64,000 nt of DNA from Micrococcales bacterium. Its GTDB lineage: Bacteria > Actinomycetota > Actinomycetes > Actinomycetales > Microbacteriaceae. The notes below the pieces were generated by a model. The model searched no databases and was not told where the DNA came from. It saw nothing but the letters and a program-made list of their open reading frames with translations. Shown here one piece after another: positions 12,017 to 23,228 of the stretch. The translations under genes were made by a program, and so were the position numbers. The DNA lies in assembly GCA_947454255.1 (NCBI GenBank), contig CANGIU010000003.1, positions 27,845 through 91,844 on the forward strand, written 5' to 3'. The stretch's first letter is position 1. Each line of letters opens with the position of its first letter.

Positions 12017-12078
12017 CAGAGGTTGAAGCTTTTGCAACTCGGGCGTGTCGCAAAAGCATTAGAGTTGTACCAACAACT

Positions 12079-12966
12079 TTGGAAAGAGTCACATTGAGCG
12101 ATAAAAACTATGAACTACTCATAGTCACCGGCATGTCTGGTGCTGGCCGTTCAACGGTCGGTAAGGCGCTTGAGGATCTTGATTGGTATGTCGTGGATAA
12201 TTTGCCACCACAGCTAATTCAACAGATGGCGGAACTCTTTTCACACTCCGATCGAGAACTACCAAGATTAGCCGTAGTGGTCGATGCGCGAGGCGGCGAA
12301 CTTTTTGATGATCTAACTGCGCACTTGAATTCACTAATGAAGAACAACATCCAGGCTCGAATTCTGTTCTTGGAAGCTAACGACGCAACCCTGATCAAAC
12401 GGTACGAGCAGGTTAGAAGACCGCACCCATTGCAAGGGAATGGCACTATCAGCGATGGCATTGCTAGCGAGCGTAAGACATTGCTACCACTTAGAGAGCA
12501 AGCCGATGTAATCATCGACAGCAGCGATATGAATGTTTACCAATTAGCGGCGAAAATCTCGGAGAATTTTTCGACAGCTGAAAACCGAAAGCTTAATCTT
12601 TTGATTCAAAGCTTTGGATTTAAATATGGAGCCCCTAGTGACGCCGACCTGATTGCGGATATGCGCTTCTTGCCGAACCCATACTGGGATGAAAAGCTGA
12701 GACCGTTCACTGGTGAAGATAGCCAGGTGGCTGATTATGTTTTAGCCCAAGAAGGTGCTGATGAATTTATTGTTAGCTACATCGCTGCTCTTCAACCAGT
12801 TATTCGTGGTTATCTAAAGGAGAACCGCAAACATGCTTCTATCGCACTTGGTTGCACCGGGGGAAAGCACCGATCTGTAGCAACAGCGATTGAAATAGCT
12901 AAACGATTAGCTAATAACCCAGAGATAACTGTTCGAGTCAAACACCGCGATTTAGGAAAAGAGTAA
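12079..12966 (+). CDS. rapZ: RNase adapter / nucleotide-binding protein RapZ
   Basis: P-loop GMSGAGRST near the N-terminus and a conserved C-terminal CTGGKHRSV motif. Sits downstream of uvrC as in other actinobacteria. TTG start; TTG 12094 is an alternative. Confidence 0.9.
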   Translation: MERVTLSDKNYELLIVTGMSGAGRSTVGKALEDLDWYVVDNLPPQLIQQMAELFSHSDRELPRLAVVVDARGGELFDDLTAHLNSLMKNNIQARILFLEANDATLIKRYEQVRRPHPLQGNGTISDGIASERKTLLPLREQADVIIDSSDMNVYQLAAKISENFSTAENRKLNLLIQSFGFKYGAPSDADLIADMRFLPNPYWDEKLRPFTGEDSQVADYVLAQEGADEFIVSYIAALQPVIRGYLKENRKHASIALGCTGGKHRSVATAIEIAKRLANNPEITVRVKHRDLGKE

Positions 12967-12968
12967 TT

Positions 12969-13937
12969 ATGGCCTTAACTGCTGAACTAAAAGATGAGCT
13001 CGCCAGGGTAGAAGTTAGCAAGAGCAACATCAAGGCTGCTGAGATATCAACCATTCTGAGATTTTGTGGTGGGCTTCATCTAGTCGGCGGAAAAATTGTT
13101 GTTGAAATCGAAGTTGACACAGCAGCATTGGCTAGAAGAGTCAAGAAAGAACTAACAGATGTTTATGGTGTGAGCAGCGAACTGGCGATGATTTCAGCTG
13201 GCGGAATTAGGAAAACCACTAAATATCAGCTAAGGGTTACACAAAACGCGGAAATCCTTGCGCGCCAGACAGGGCTTATCGATACCAAGAACCGACCTGT
13301 TCGTGGTTTACCAGCAGCTCTAGTTTCTGGTAGCAAGGCAGAAGCCGCTGCAGTGTGGCGAGGAGCAATTCTTGCTCACGGCTCACTAACCGACCCTGGG
13401 AGATCTGCAACTCTAGAAATCACAGCTCCTGGGAATGAAGCTGCAATGGCCTTGGTTGGTATTGCCCGAAGACTAGATGTTATTGCGAAAGTTCGTGAGG
13501 CACGTGGGGTCTACCGTGTTGTTGTTCGTGAAGGCGATGCGATAGTAGAAATTCTGAAACATATTGGCGCACACGGTGTGGTTCTGAAGTATGAAGAATT
13601 GAGAGTACGCAGAGAAGTACGTGGAAAGCAAAACCGCCTTGCTAATTTCGATAATGCGAACCTAATGAGATCTGCTCAGGCAGCAGTAGCTTCTGGCATG
13701 AGGGTCAGGCGTGCAATGGAGATTCTTGGAGATAACATTCCCGAACATCTAAAGCTAGCTGGAGATCTTCGACTTCAGCACAGAGATGCGAGCCTGGACG
13801 ATTTGGGCAGATTGGCTTCTCCGCCTCTGACCAAAGATGCAATAGCGGGTCGCATCAGAAGATTGTTAGCACTTGCTGACAAGGTTGCAGCCGAGCAGGG
13901 CATTCCTGGTACAGAATTAGACCACGAGCAAGATTAG
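12969..13937 (+). CDS. whiA: DNA-binding sporulation/cell-division regulator WhiA
   Basis: 322 aa. Typical WhiA N-terminus ([11 protein letters not shown]...ILRFCGGLH) and a C-terminal HTH region. Conserved position upstream of gap. Confidence 0.9.
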   Translation: MALTAELKDELARVEVSKSNIKAAEISTILRFCGGLHLVGGKIVVEIEVDTAALARRVKKELTDVYGVSSELAMISAGGIRKTTKYQLRVTQNAEILARQTGLIDTKNRPVRGLPAALVSGSKAEAAAVWRGAILAHGSLTDPGRSATLEITAPGNEAAMALVGIARRLDVIAKVREARGVYRVVVREGDAIVEILKHIGAHGVVLKYEELRVRREVRGKQNRLANFDNANLMRSAQAAVASGMRVRRAMEILGDNIPEHLKLAGDLRLQHRDASLDDLGRLASPPLTKDAIAGRIRRLLALADKVAAEQGIPGTELDHEQD

Positions 13938-13957
13938 AAACAGACAGGGACACATAA

Positions 13958-14581
13958 ATGACTAAGTACGTATTGCCGGATCTTTCATATGACTACGGAG
14001 CCTTAGAACCAAACATTTCTGGTCGGATCATGGAACTACACCACGACAAGCACCATTTGGCTTACGTAAATGGAGCTAACACAGCTCTGGATGCTTTGGC
14101 TGAGGCCCGAGAAAAGAATGATCTCACGATGGTGAACAAGTTCCAGAAGGATCTCTCTTTCAACCTTGCTGGCCACGTAAACCACACAGTTTTCTGGAAG
14201 AACATGTCTCCAGAAGGTGGAGATAAGCCAACGGGAGAACTAGCAGCGGCTATAGATAACTTCTTTGGCTCTTTTGATGCCTTCAGAGCCCATTTCACGG
14301 CTAGCGCGCTTGGAATCCAGGGCTCTGGTTGGTCAATCCTTGTCTGGGACATTCTGGGTCAGAAACTGCTTATCGAACAGCTATACGACCACCAGGGGAA
14401 CCTGTCGGTTGGCTCAATACCTCTTCTAATGCTAGATATGTGGGAACATGCGTTCTATCTGGATTATCAGAACGTAAAGCCTGAATATGTTAAAGCTTTC
14501 TGGAATATCGTCAATTGGGCAGATGTTCAAGCCAGATTTGACGAGGCTAGCAAGAACACGGCCACTCTTCTGCTACCCTAA
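13958..14581 (+). CDS. sodA: Superoxide dismutase, Fe/Mn family
   Basis: [13 protein letters not shown]...HHDKHH N-terminus and the [13 protein letters not shown] metal-ligand motif. Confidence 0.93.
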   Translation: MTKYVLPDLSYDYGALEPNISGRIMELHHDKHHLAYVNGANTALDALAEAREKNDLTMVNKFQKDLSFNLAGHVNHTVFWKNMSPEGGDKPTGELAAAIDNFFGSFDAFRAHFTASALGIQGSGWSILVWDILGQKLLIEQLYDHQGNLSVGSIPLLMLDMWEHAFYLDYQNVKPEYVKAFWNIVNWADVQARFDEASKNTATLLLP

Positions 14582-14625
14582 AAGTAGGTATTCCACCCAG
14601 TGCTGAGTGGAGATAATCCACATAA

Positions 14626-15687
<1,062 letters not shown>

Positions 15688-15692
15688 ACCTC

Positions 15693-16895
15693 ATGCGCAC
15701 ACTCCAGGATTTGCCTGAAATATCCGGCCAGTCAGTAATACTTCGCTGTGACCTAAACGTCCCGCTTGATGGCGAAAGAATCACTGACGATGGAAGAATC
15801 ATCGCATCGGTTCCAACCATCAAGGAACTGCTATCCAGAGGTGCAAAGGTAATCATCGTCAGCCACCTGGGCCGCCCAGAAGGTGCTGTTGAGCCTAAGT
15901 ACTCACTTGCACCTGTTGCGAAGAGATTAGCCGAACTACTCAACCAACCAGTGTCATTTGCGTCAGATACTGTCGGTGCAAGCGCTGAAACAGAGGTAGC
16001 AAAGCTTGAGGCTGGACAGGTTCTTGTTCTTGAAAACCTCAGATTCAATCCAGGGGAGACTGCAAAGGGTGAGCAGGAGCGCATTGCATTTGCCAGCGAA
16101 CTTGCAAAGTTCGGCGATTTAGTAGTCAGTGATGGATTCGGTGTTGTCCACCGCAAGCAAGCTTCTGTTTATGATCTAGAGAAGTTACTTCCTAGCTTTG
16201 CTGGATTGTTAATCGAGCGAGAACTTCATGTCTTGCAAGGCTTGACCAACAACCCAGTTCGTCCATACAGCGTAGTTCTTGGCGGCTCTAAAGTTTCTGA
16301 CAAGCTAGGGGTAATCGACCATCTCCTGCCAAACGTTGATTCACTTTTGATCGGTGGTGGAATGGTCTTCACATTCCTAGCGGCTTTAGGTCACAAGGTT
16401 GGCGGAAGTTTGCTTGAAGTTGATCAGCTAGACACAGTTCGAGGGTATCTAGCCAAGGCAGAGGAATTGGGAGTAAAGGTTATTTTGCCTACGGACATCG
16501 TTGTGGCAAGTAAGTTTGCTGCTGATGCTGAATTCTGTGTCACATCAGCTGATGCAATCGAAGATAGCCCCTGTGGACCAACCGGGCTCGGGCTAGATAT
16601 TGGCCCAGAGAGCGCAAAACATTTTGCACAGGTGATTTCTGCTTCTAAAACAGTTTTCTGGAATGGCCCGATGGGCGTATTTGAATTCGAGAATTTTGCC
16701 AATGGCACGAAAGTTGTTGCAGAGGCATTGGCTGCTGTTGATGGACTATCGGTAGTCGGTGGAGGAGACTCAGCTGCAGCCGTTAGGGCACTTGGCTTTA
16801 GCGATGATGCTTTCTCTCACATTTCAACAGGTGGCGGCGCAAGCCTTGAATACCTAGAAGGTAAAGTTATGCCGGGTCTGGAGGTCCTTAAATGA
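15693..16895 (+). CDS. pgk: Phosphoglycerate kinase
   Basis: 400 aa. RCDLNVPL N-terminal motif and the C-terminal STGGGASLEYLEG motif. Confidence 0.97.
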   Translation: MRTLQDLPEISGQSVILRCDLNVPLDGERITDDGRIIASVPTIKELLSRGAKVIIVSHLGRPEGAVEPKYSLAPVAKRLAELLNQPVSFASDTVGASAETEVAKLEAGQVLVLENLRFNPGETAKGEQERIAFASELAKFGDLVVSDGFGVVHRKQASVYDLEKLLPSFAGLLIERELHVLQGLTNNPVRPYSVVLGGSKVSDKLGVIDHLLPNVDSLLIGGGMVFTFLAALGHKVGGSLLEVDQLDTVRGYLAKAEELGVKVILPTDIVVASKFAADAEFCVTSADAIEDSPCGPTGLGLDIGPESAKHFAQVISASKTVFWNGPMGVFEFENFANGTKVVAEALAAVDGLSVVGGGDSAAAVRALGFSDDAFSHISTGGGASLEYLEGKVMPGLEVLK

Positions 16896-17680
16896 GCAAC
16901 GAACGAGTACCCTTTATCGCCGGTAACTGGAAGATGAACTTAGATCATCAACATGCCATCGCACTAGTCCAAAAACTCTCTTGGACTCTAAAGGATGCCG
17001 ACCACGACTACTCCAAAACTGAGGTGGCTGTGTTTCCGCCGTTCACAGATCTACGTACCGTCCAAACTCTGATTGACGCTGAAAAGTTTGAATTGAAAAT
17101 TGGCGCTCAAGATCTGAGCAAATTTGACTCAGGTGCATACACTGGTGAGATTTCAGGTGCTTTCCTGAAAAAACTTGATGTGAAGTATGTATTGGTTGGA
17201 CACAGTGAAAGACGTTCTTATCACTTCGAAACGGATGAGGTTGTCCAAGGCAAAGTTGCCGCTGCCTTCAAACACGGCTTGATTCCCGTAATTTGCGTAG
17301 GGGAAACCCTGGAGCAATTGGAAGCGGAAGGCCCATCTGCTGTCCCTGTGCGACAGATCTTGGCCGCCCTTGATGGTCATGCTCAGTTGGGCGAATTTAT
17401 AGTCGCATATGAGCCTGTTTGGGCTATCGGGACAGGTCAGGTGGCAACACCAGAGCAGGCAGCAGATGTCGCTCAAAAGATTAGAACTGCCATTTCAGGG
17501 GCTTTCGGGCCAGAAATAGCTGATAGTACGAGAATCCTCTACGGTGGTTCTGTCAAGGCTGCTAACGTAGCTGGCTTCCTCAGAAGCCCAGAAGTAGACG
17601 GAGTTTTGGTTGGCGGGGCTAGTTTGGACGTCGATGAGTTCTCTGGCATAGCTCGTTTTCTCAAGCACCTGACCTTATAA
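16892..17680 (+). CDS. tpiA: Triosephosphate isomerase
   Basis: NWKMN, VGHSERR and AYEPVWAIGTG motifs. ATGA overlap with pgk. Confidence 0.95.
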   Translation: MSNERVPFIAGNWKMNLDHQHAIALVQKLSWTLKDADHDYSKTEVAVFPPFTDLRTVQTLIDAEKFELKIGAQDLSKFDSGAYTGEISGAFLKKLDVKYVLVGHSERRSYHFETDEVVQGKVAAAFKHGLIPVICVGETLEQLEAEGPSAVPVRQILAALDGHAQLGEFIVAYEPVWAIGTGQVATPEQAADVAQKIRTAISGAFGPEIADSTRILYGGSVKAANVAGFLRSPEVDGVLVGGASLDVDEFSGIARFLKHLTL

Positions 17681-17729
17681 TTGCCTAAGTAGGGTTTTAA
17701 ACCCCCGAATCTGAAGAAAGTTCATCAAA

Positions 17730-17978
17730 ATGACCGGAATTTTTATTGCTCTAAGAATCTTGCTTGGAGTTACCAGCCTTCTTTTGACCTTGCTTATCCT
17801 TCTTCACAAGGGTCGTGGAGGCGGTCTTAGCGACATGTTCGGTGGTGGAATCAACACCACAATGTCATCTTCAGGCGTTGCTGAGCGAAACCTAAACCGA
17901 ATCACAGTAATTCTTGGCTTGGTCTGGGTAGTCACCATCATCATCTTGGGGCTTGCCTCAACCTATTCTTGGGCGTAA
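17730..17978 (+). CDS. secG: Preprotein translocase subunit SecG
   Basis: 82 aa with two TM segments and the LLHKGRGGGLSDMFGGG motif. Conserved position after tpiA. Confidence 0.85.
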   Translation: MTGIFIALRILLGVTSLLLTLLILLHKGRGGGLSDMFGGGINTTMSSSGVAERNLNRITVILGLVWVVTIIILGLASTYSWA

Positions 17979-17981
17979 CTC

Positions 17982-18392
17982 TTGAGCGGTAACGGAGCAG
18001 CAATCAGAGGATCACGCGTTGGCGCAGGTCCAATGGGTGAGCAAGATAATGGTTTTCAAGCCGAGCGCATAACTAGAACTTTTTACTGTTTCAACAATCA
18101 CTCTTTCAGCCCATCTTTTGCTGCCACTGTAGAAGCTGCTGAGTTGCCTAATGAACTTGATTGCCCGCACTGTGGATTGCCTTCAGGCTTGGACAAAGAC
18201 AACCCACCAACGATTGCTAAGCACGAGCCATACAAAACACACTTGGCTTATGTAAAGGAACGTAGAACTGAAGCTGAAGCAAAAGCCTTGCTTGAAGAGG
18301 CTGTAGCTGCTGTTCGTGAAAGACGTGAACGTCTGCTAGCAGAAGCGAAAGCTGAAGCTAAGAGAGCAACCGCTAAAGCAAAAAAGGCTTAG
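17982..18392 (+). CDS. Divergent RbpA-family RNA polymerase-binding protein (paralogue) with a Lys/Ala-rich tail
   Basis: N-terminal IRGSRVG, a C-H-C-C pattern (YCFNNHSF...DCPHCG) and a KTHLAYVKERRTEAEAKALLEEAV segment parallel the canonical RbpA at 58839-59210. TTG start. C-terminus is AKAEAKRATAKAKKA. Confidence 0.65.
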   Translation: MSGNGAAIRGSRVGAGPMGEQDNGFQAERITRTFYCFNNHSFSPSFAATVEAAELPNELDCPHCGLPSGLDKDNPPTIAKHEPYKTHLAYVKERRTEAEAKALLEEAVAAVRERRERLLAEAKAEAKRATAKAKKA

Positions 18393-19129
18393 CAACTCCA
18401 AAATTCTGCGCCAGCAGCTTGATCCACAAACCAAATGGTCTCTCCAACTGCGGAGATTTTCGCAGCAGGTAGTTCACAATTCTCATCTGTGTGCACTTGA
18501 GTAACTGCATTTGATTTATCTAATCCAGAGACAACAAACACAATCTTCGATGCTGCATTTATTGCTGAATAGCTAAGGCTAAGTCTTTCGGCAGGTGGTT
18601 TAGGGGAGTTTGACTCTGCAACGATAATTTGATCTGCCGTTTTGTCCTCATGACCTGGAAATAAAGACGCGACGTGACCATCTGGCCCCATACCCAAAGT
18701 AACCAAATCAAATACTGGATTAAGAGATCCAAAATGCCTATTAATTTCTTCTGTGAAAATTTCCTTGGCGTCTAATAGATCAGCGGAATTATCTGTTGAC
18801 GGAAACTCGTGAATGTTGGCTGCAGGAACAGCAATACTCTGAAAGAGCGCTTGCCTAGCTTGAACGGCATTTCTATCTTGGCTTGAAGCATTCACATAGC
18901 GCTCATCACCCCACCAGAAATGCACTGAGTTGAGATCTAGTCGTTCTAAGTCAGGTTGCTCAGCAAGCGTCGAGAGTGTCAGAATTCCAACTGTGCCACC
19001 AGTAAGTGCTACGTTAGCGATTCCATTCTTGGCAACGACAGAAACAAGAGTTTCAAGAATTTCCCTTGCCGCTTGGGCAGCCACATCCGCAGCATTGATT
19101 GCCCGCCTAATTTCAGTGATGTGCTCCAC
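18389..19129 (-). CDS. pgl: 6-phosphogluconolactonase
   Basis: LTGGT and LGMGPDGHVASLFPG motifs. Last gene of the tkt-tal-pgi-zwf-opcA-pgl run. Confidence 0.88.
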   Translation of the reverse strand: MEHITEIRRAINAADVAAQAAREILETLVSVVAKNGIANVALTGGTVGILTLSTLAEQPDLERLDLNSVHFWWGDERYVNASSQDRNAVQARQALFQSIAVPAANIHEFPSTDNSADLLDAKEIFTEEINRHFGSLNPVFDLVTLGMGPDGHVASLFPGHEDKTADQIIVAESNSPKPPAERLSLSYSAINAASKIVFVVSGLDKSNAVTQVHTDENCELPAAKISAVGETIWFVDQAAGAEFWSC

Positions 19130-19131
19130 CG

Positions 19132-20100
19132 TTATTTAGCCTTTTTTGAAACTTTTGGAGTCTGACGGTTAGTTCCGAAACCTTTTGTTATGAGTTTGCC
19201 AAAGGCATCGTCACTGTCTAGTCTGCGGAGATCTTCGATCAAACAATCTCTAGGCGAGCGGCGAGGAAGGCTGATATCTCTCGTTGGCTGACCTGGTTGA
19301 ATAAGGGTGGCAACATCTGGAATGTTTCGAATAATCTCGATGTCTCCAGATTTACGCAGAAGCTTCACACCCTTAATCCCTGCGACAGCTTCACCTCTGA
19401 TAGTTCTGACCAATTTCACTTCAACCTTTAACTTGAGCTCAAGCCAAGCAGCTAGAAGATCAGTGCTAGGGGAGTCGACCGCACCGGTAACCGTAACACT
19501 TGTTACAGGATCATATGGAGGCTGGTCCAAAATAGCTGCTAGCTGTGCTCGCCAAAGGGTCAGTCTTGTCCAGGCAAAATCACTATCACCCGGGGCATAG
19601 TTCTTAGCTAAGTTTGATAACCAGCCATGAGGGTCTTTCTGCGAGGCAGCATCTGTGATTCTTCGCTGTGCAATTCTTCCGATGGCTGAAGTAGAAGGCT
19701 TCTCAGGCGCTGTACCTGGCCACCATGCAACCACTGGGGCATCTGGAAGTAATAGACCAGTAACTAACGACTCTGGGTCGCTGGCGGCTTCTCCATATGC
19801 CTTCAGAACAATGACTTCCGAAGCGCCGGCATCTCCACCAACACGAATTTCTGCGTCAAGCTTGGGTTTCTTTGTAGCCTTATCGTCATTGGCCAGAACA
19901 ATTATTCGGCAAGGGTGAGCCCTTGATGCTTCGTTAGCTGCAAGGATTGCTTCTTCTAGGTCTATAAAGTCAGTTTGGATCAGAAGAGTGAGAACTCGAC
20001 CAAGTGCAACTGCGCCACCTTCTTCTCGAATCTGAACAAGTTCCTTAGAGACCTTAGAAATAGTGGTATTCGGTAAATCCTTAATCATGGTCGTCTCCAA
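19132..20100 (-). CDS. opcA: Glucose-6-phosphate dehydrogenase assembly protein OpcA
   Basis: About 320 aa. Lies immediately downstream of zwf and overlaps it, the typical actinobacterial and cyanobacterial arrangement. The call rests on synteny plus general resemblance to the family. Confidence 0.8.
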   Translation of the reverse strand: METTMIKDLPNTTISKVSKELVQIREEGGAVALGRVLTLLIQTDFIDLEEAILAANEASRAHPCRIIVLANDDKATKKPKLDAEIRVGGDAGASEVIVLKAYGEAASDPESLVTGLLLPDAPVVAWWPGTAPEKPSTSAIGRIAQRRITDAASQKDPHGWLSNLAKNYAPGDSDFAWTRLTLWRAQLAAILDQPPYDPVTSVTVTGAVDSPSTDLLAAWLELKLKVEVKLVRTIRGEAVAGIKGVKLLRKSGDIEIIRNIPDVATLIQPGQPTRDISLPRRSPRDCLIEDLRRLDSDDAFGKLITKGFGTNRQTPKVSKKAK

Positions 20101-21626
20101 GCTCTGCCATCAATTTGCATCATTCGGTCAGCAGAAGCAGGTCCCCAAGTACCAGGTCTGTATGGTTCAGGCTTTCCTGAATTTGCCCAGAATTCTTCAA
20201 TCGGGTCGAGAATCTTCCACGAAAGTTCAACTTCTTCATGACGAGGAAATAGCGGAGGATCACCGAGAAGAACATCCAAAATCAAACGCTCATAAGCTTC
20301 TGGAGATGCCTCCGTAAAAGCATGTCCGTAACCAAAGTCCATGGTCACATCACGAACCTGCATACCCACACCTGGAACCTTGGAGCCGAATCGGATTGTG
20401 ACACCTTCATCTGGTTGAACTCTGATTACCAGAGCATTCTGTCCTAATGCCGAAGTTTGAGACTCACCAAAAATTTGCTGAGGAGCACGCTTGAAAACTA
20501 CGGCGATCTCAGTAACCCTTCGACCTAAGCGCTTCCCAGCTCTTAGATAGAAGGGAACTCCCGCCCATCTTCTAGTGTTTATATCCAGTCGCATAGCGGC
20601 AAAAGTCTCAGTAACAGATTTCGGGTTCATGCCTTCTTCTTGCAGGAAGCCTTCAACCTTTTCACCACCTTGCCAACCACCTGTGTATTGACCTCTTGCA
20701 GTGTGCTTTGCAAGATCAGTTGGGATTCTTACTGCAGAAAGTACTTTTTCTTTCTCTGCACGTAGATCTGCGGCATCAAAAGAAACTGGCTCTTCCATGG
20801 CAGTTAGAGCTAACAATTGGAGAAGGTGGTTTTGGATTACGTCTCTTGCTGCACCAATTCCGTCGTAGTAACCAGCTCTACCGCCAACACCTATATCCTC
20901 AGCCATAGTGATTTGCACGTGATCGATGTAGTTGTTGTTCCAAAGCGGTTCATAAAGTTGGTTGGCAAATCGCAACGCCAAAATATTTTGGACTGTCTCT
21001 TTACCTAAGTAATGATCGATACGGAATATTGAATCTGCTGGGAATACAGATTCAACCACCTCATTCAGCTCACGTGCGGACTGCAGGTCATGACCAAATG
21101 GCTTTTCAATTACTACCCGACGGAACTGATTAGGTTTTGGATCTGCCAATCCCGAGCGCGAAAGTTGCTGGGTTACTAATGGGAAGGCTTTTGGGGGAAT
21201 GCTTAGGTAAAAAGCATGATTACCGTTTGTGCCACGCTCTTGATCTAAAGTCTCGATAGTCTCACGAAGCTTGTCGAAAGCAGCATCATCGCCAAATTCT
21301 CCTGAAACGAAACGGATGCCCTGCGATAGCTGTGCCCAAACTTCTTCACTCCATGGGGTTCTCGCATATTGCTTAACAGCTTCAAGAACGACTTGACCAA
21401 AATCTTGGTCTTCCCAGTCTCGTCGGGCAAATCCAACCAAAGAGAAACCTGGCGGAAGTAATCCACGGTTAGCCAAGTCATAAACAGCTGGCATAAGTTT
21501 CTTTCGACTCAGGTCACCCGTCACACCAAAGATGATCAAGCCAGAAGGGCCTGCGATTCGGTTTAGTCTCCTGTCAGCTGGATCCCGAAGCGGGTTCTGA
21601 CCTGGGCCTATCTTTACTGGGCTCAA
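20085..21626 (-). CDS. zwf: Glucose-6-phosphate 1-dehydrogenase
   Basis: NADP-binding FGVTGDLSRKKL and the active-site motif FRIDHYLGKE. 513 aa. Confidence 0.96.
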   Translation of the reverse strand: MSPVKIGPGQNPLRDPADRRLNRIAGPSGLIIFGVTGDLSRKKLMPAVYDLANRGLLPPGFSLVGFARRDWEDQDFGQVVLEAVKQYARTPWSEEVWAQLSQGIRFVSGEFGDDAAFDKLRETIETLDQERGTNGNHAFYLSIPPKAFPLVTQQLSRSGLADPKPNQFRRVVIEKPFGHDLQSARELNEVVESVFPADSIFRIDHYLGKETVQNILALRFANQLYEPLWNNNYIDHVQITMAEDIGVGGRAGYYDGIGAARDVIQNHLLQLLALTAMEEPVSFDAADLRAEKEKVLSAVRIPTDLAKHTARGQYTGGWQGGEKVEGFLQEEGMNPKSVTETFAAMRLDINTRRWAGVPFYLRAGKRLGRRVTEIAVVFKRAPQQIFGESQTSALGQNALVIRVQPDEGVTIRFGSKVPGVGMQVRDVTMDFGYGHAFTEASPEAYERLILDVLLGDPPLFPRHEEVELSWKILDPIEEFWANSGKPEPYRPGTWGPASADRMMQIDGRAWRRP

Positions 21627-21635
21627 TTACGTTCC

Positions 21636-23228
21636 TTACGCTAAAACTTTCAGAATACGAACAAAATCAATTTCTGGACTTCTCAATGTCAGACTCAACA
21701 CTGGTCTACCCAGATCAGCCAGCACTTGGGCATCACCCGCTGCTTGTGAAGCGATCAGCTGACCAAGGGTGAAATCGCGACCAGGAACTTGAACATCAAC
21801 GTCTGAGTGAGCAATTAACTGGAGGAACACTCCCTGCTTAGGGCCGCCCTTGTGATATTGACCCGTTGAATGAAGGAACCTAGGTGCCCAACCAAAAGTT
21901 GTCGGGCGGGAAGAGTTCTTGGCAACAGCGTTTCTCAGCGCCTCAGTTTCGTAGTGGCCTGTGCGATCGAGATAAGCCTGAATTGAGACATAGCCATCGG
22001 CCTTGAGCTCACTCAACAATGTTTGCACTACAGCCTTAACGTCGGCTGAATCGGAAAGGTCAAGATTGTGAGCTCTAACCTCGATACCACTGTCTTCAAA
22101 AAGAGGCTCAGCTATTGCTGCACGCTTTTCCAACATTCCACGAGCAGCAATTTTGGCTGATTCAACATCAGGTTGGTCGAATGGATTAACTCCAAGTAAG
22201 TAGCCAGCGATGACAGTTGCATACTCCCAGAGCATGAACTGAGCACCTAGAGTGCCAGAAACTGCCAAACCTTGAGTATTGGTGACCTCGTTAGCACCTA
22301 CGTGAGCAATAAGCACATCTTCTTGCCCTGCAGTTGTTTCAAAACTATCTCCGGTCAAAACAACCGGCAAAACGCCTCTATCGATTTTGCCTGTTGATTC
22401 AGCAATGAGTTGCTCAGCCCAGTCACCGAAACCTGGGAGGCTAGCATCGGCAAGGATGCCCAACTTGTCTCTGTAGTCAACTAGTCCAGGAGTGCGAGCC
22501 ATAGCGGCACCGAGAATCACTGCTGGATTAGCAGCATCATCTGCTGCCAGCTGATCGCTTGCAGCTATCGCCTGATTAACAAGTTCTGAAACATTGGCAC
22601 CAGCGAGACCGGAAGGCACGAGACCGAAAGCGGTTAGCGCTGAATATCGACCACCTACATTTGGGTCTGCATTGAAGATTTGGTAGCCGTCTGCCTTAGC
22701 AGCAACTTCCATAGGTGACCCAGGATCAGTGACAATGATTATTCTCTGAGTCTTTTCAATTCCTGCGTTAGTAAATGCCTCTTCAAAAATACGTTTTTGA
22801 GAATCTGTCTCAACAGTTGAACCTGATTTTGAGGAGACAATGATTGCAGTTCGTTGAATGTCAGTAGAGACAACTGCCAAGACCTGTTCTGGTTCAGTTG
22901 AATCAAGTACAACTAGGTCTACGCCATAGTTCTTTGTAATAACCTCTGGCGCTAATGAAGAGCCACCCATGCCACAGAGAACGAAACGATTGACACCCTG
23001 AGCAATGAACTTATCGCGCAGAGCAAGGATTTCAGGAATTAGGGGAGCGGTGTCAGAAGCAGAATTAACCCAGCCCAAACGGATTGCAGACTCGGATTCA
23101 GCATCCTTACCCCAGATCGTAAAGTCCTTCGCCGCAATTCGACTGGCAATACGGTTACTAATCAAACTTTCGATTGTTTCGGCAACAGCTTTTTCAGCTT
23201 CACCGGTAGCAACTACTCTGAGAGCCAT
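21636..23228 (-). CDS. pgi: Glucose-6-phosphate isomerase
   Basis: SIS-type motifs CGMGGSSLAPE and SKSGSTVET, plus a PGI signature-like NVGGRYSALTAFG. 530 aa. Confidence 0.85.
   Translation of the reverse strand: MALRVVATGEAEKAVAETIESLISNRIASRIAAKDFTIWGKDAESESAIRLGWVNSASDTAPLIPEILALRDKFIAQGVNRFVLCGMGGSSLAPEVITKNYGVDLVVLDSTEPEQVLAVVSTDIQRTAIIVSSKSGSTVETDSQKRIFEEAFTNAGIEKTQRIIIVTDPGSPMEVAAKADGYQIFNADPNVGGRYSALTAFGLVPSGLAGANVSELVNQAIAASDQLAADDAANPAVILGAAMARTPGLVDYRDKLGILADASLPGFGDWAEQLIAESTGKIDRGVLPVVLTGDSFETTAGQEDVLIAHVGANEVTNTQGLAVSGTLGAQFMLWEYATVIAGYLLGVNPFDQPDVESAKIAARGMLEKRAAIAEPLFEDSGIEVRAHNLDLSDSADVKAVVQTLLSELKADGYVSIQAYLDRTGHYETEALRNAVAKNSSRPTTFGWAPRFLHSTGQYHKGGPKQGVFLQLIAHSDVDVQVPGRDFTLGQLIASQAAGDAQVLADLGRPVLSLTLRSPEIDFVRILKVLA

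Noticed and set aside
12028-12057. The hairpin GCTTTTGC-N14-GCAAAAGC between uvrC and rapZ, as a terminator or attenuator.
   Set aside because: It has an 8-bp stem with a large 14-nt loop and no T-tract, and uvrC-rapZ are normally co-oriented neighbours. The evidence is insufficient.
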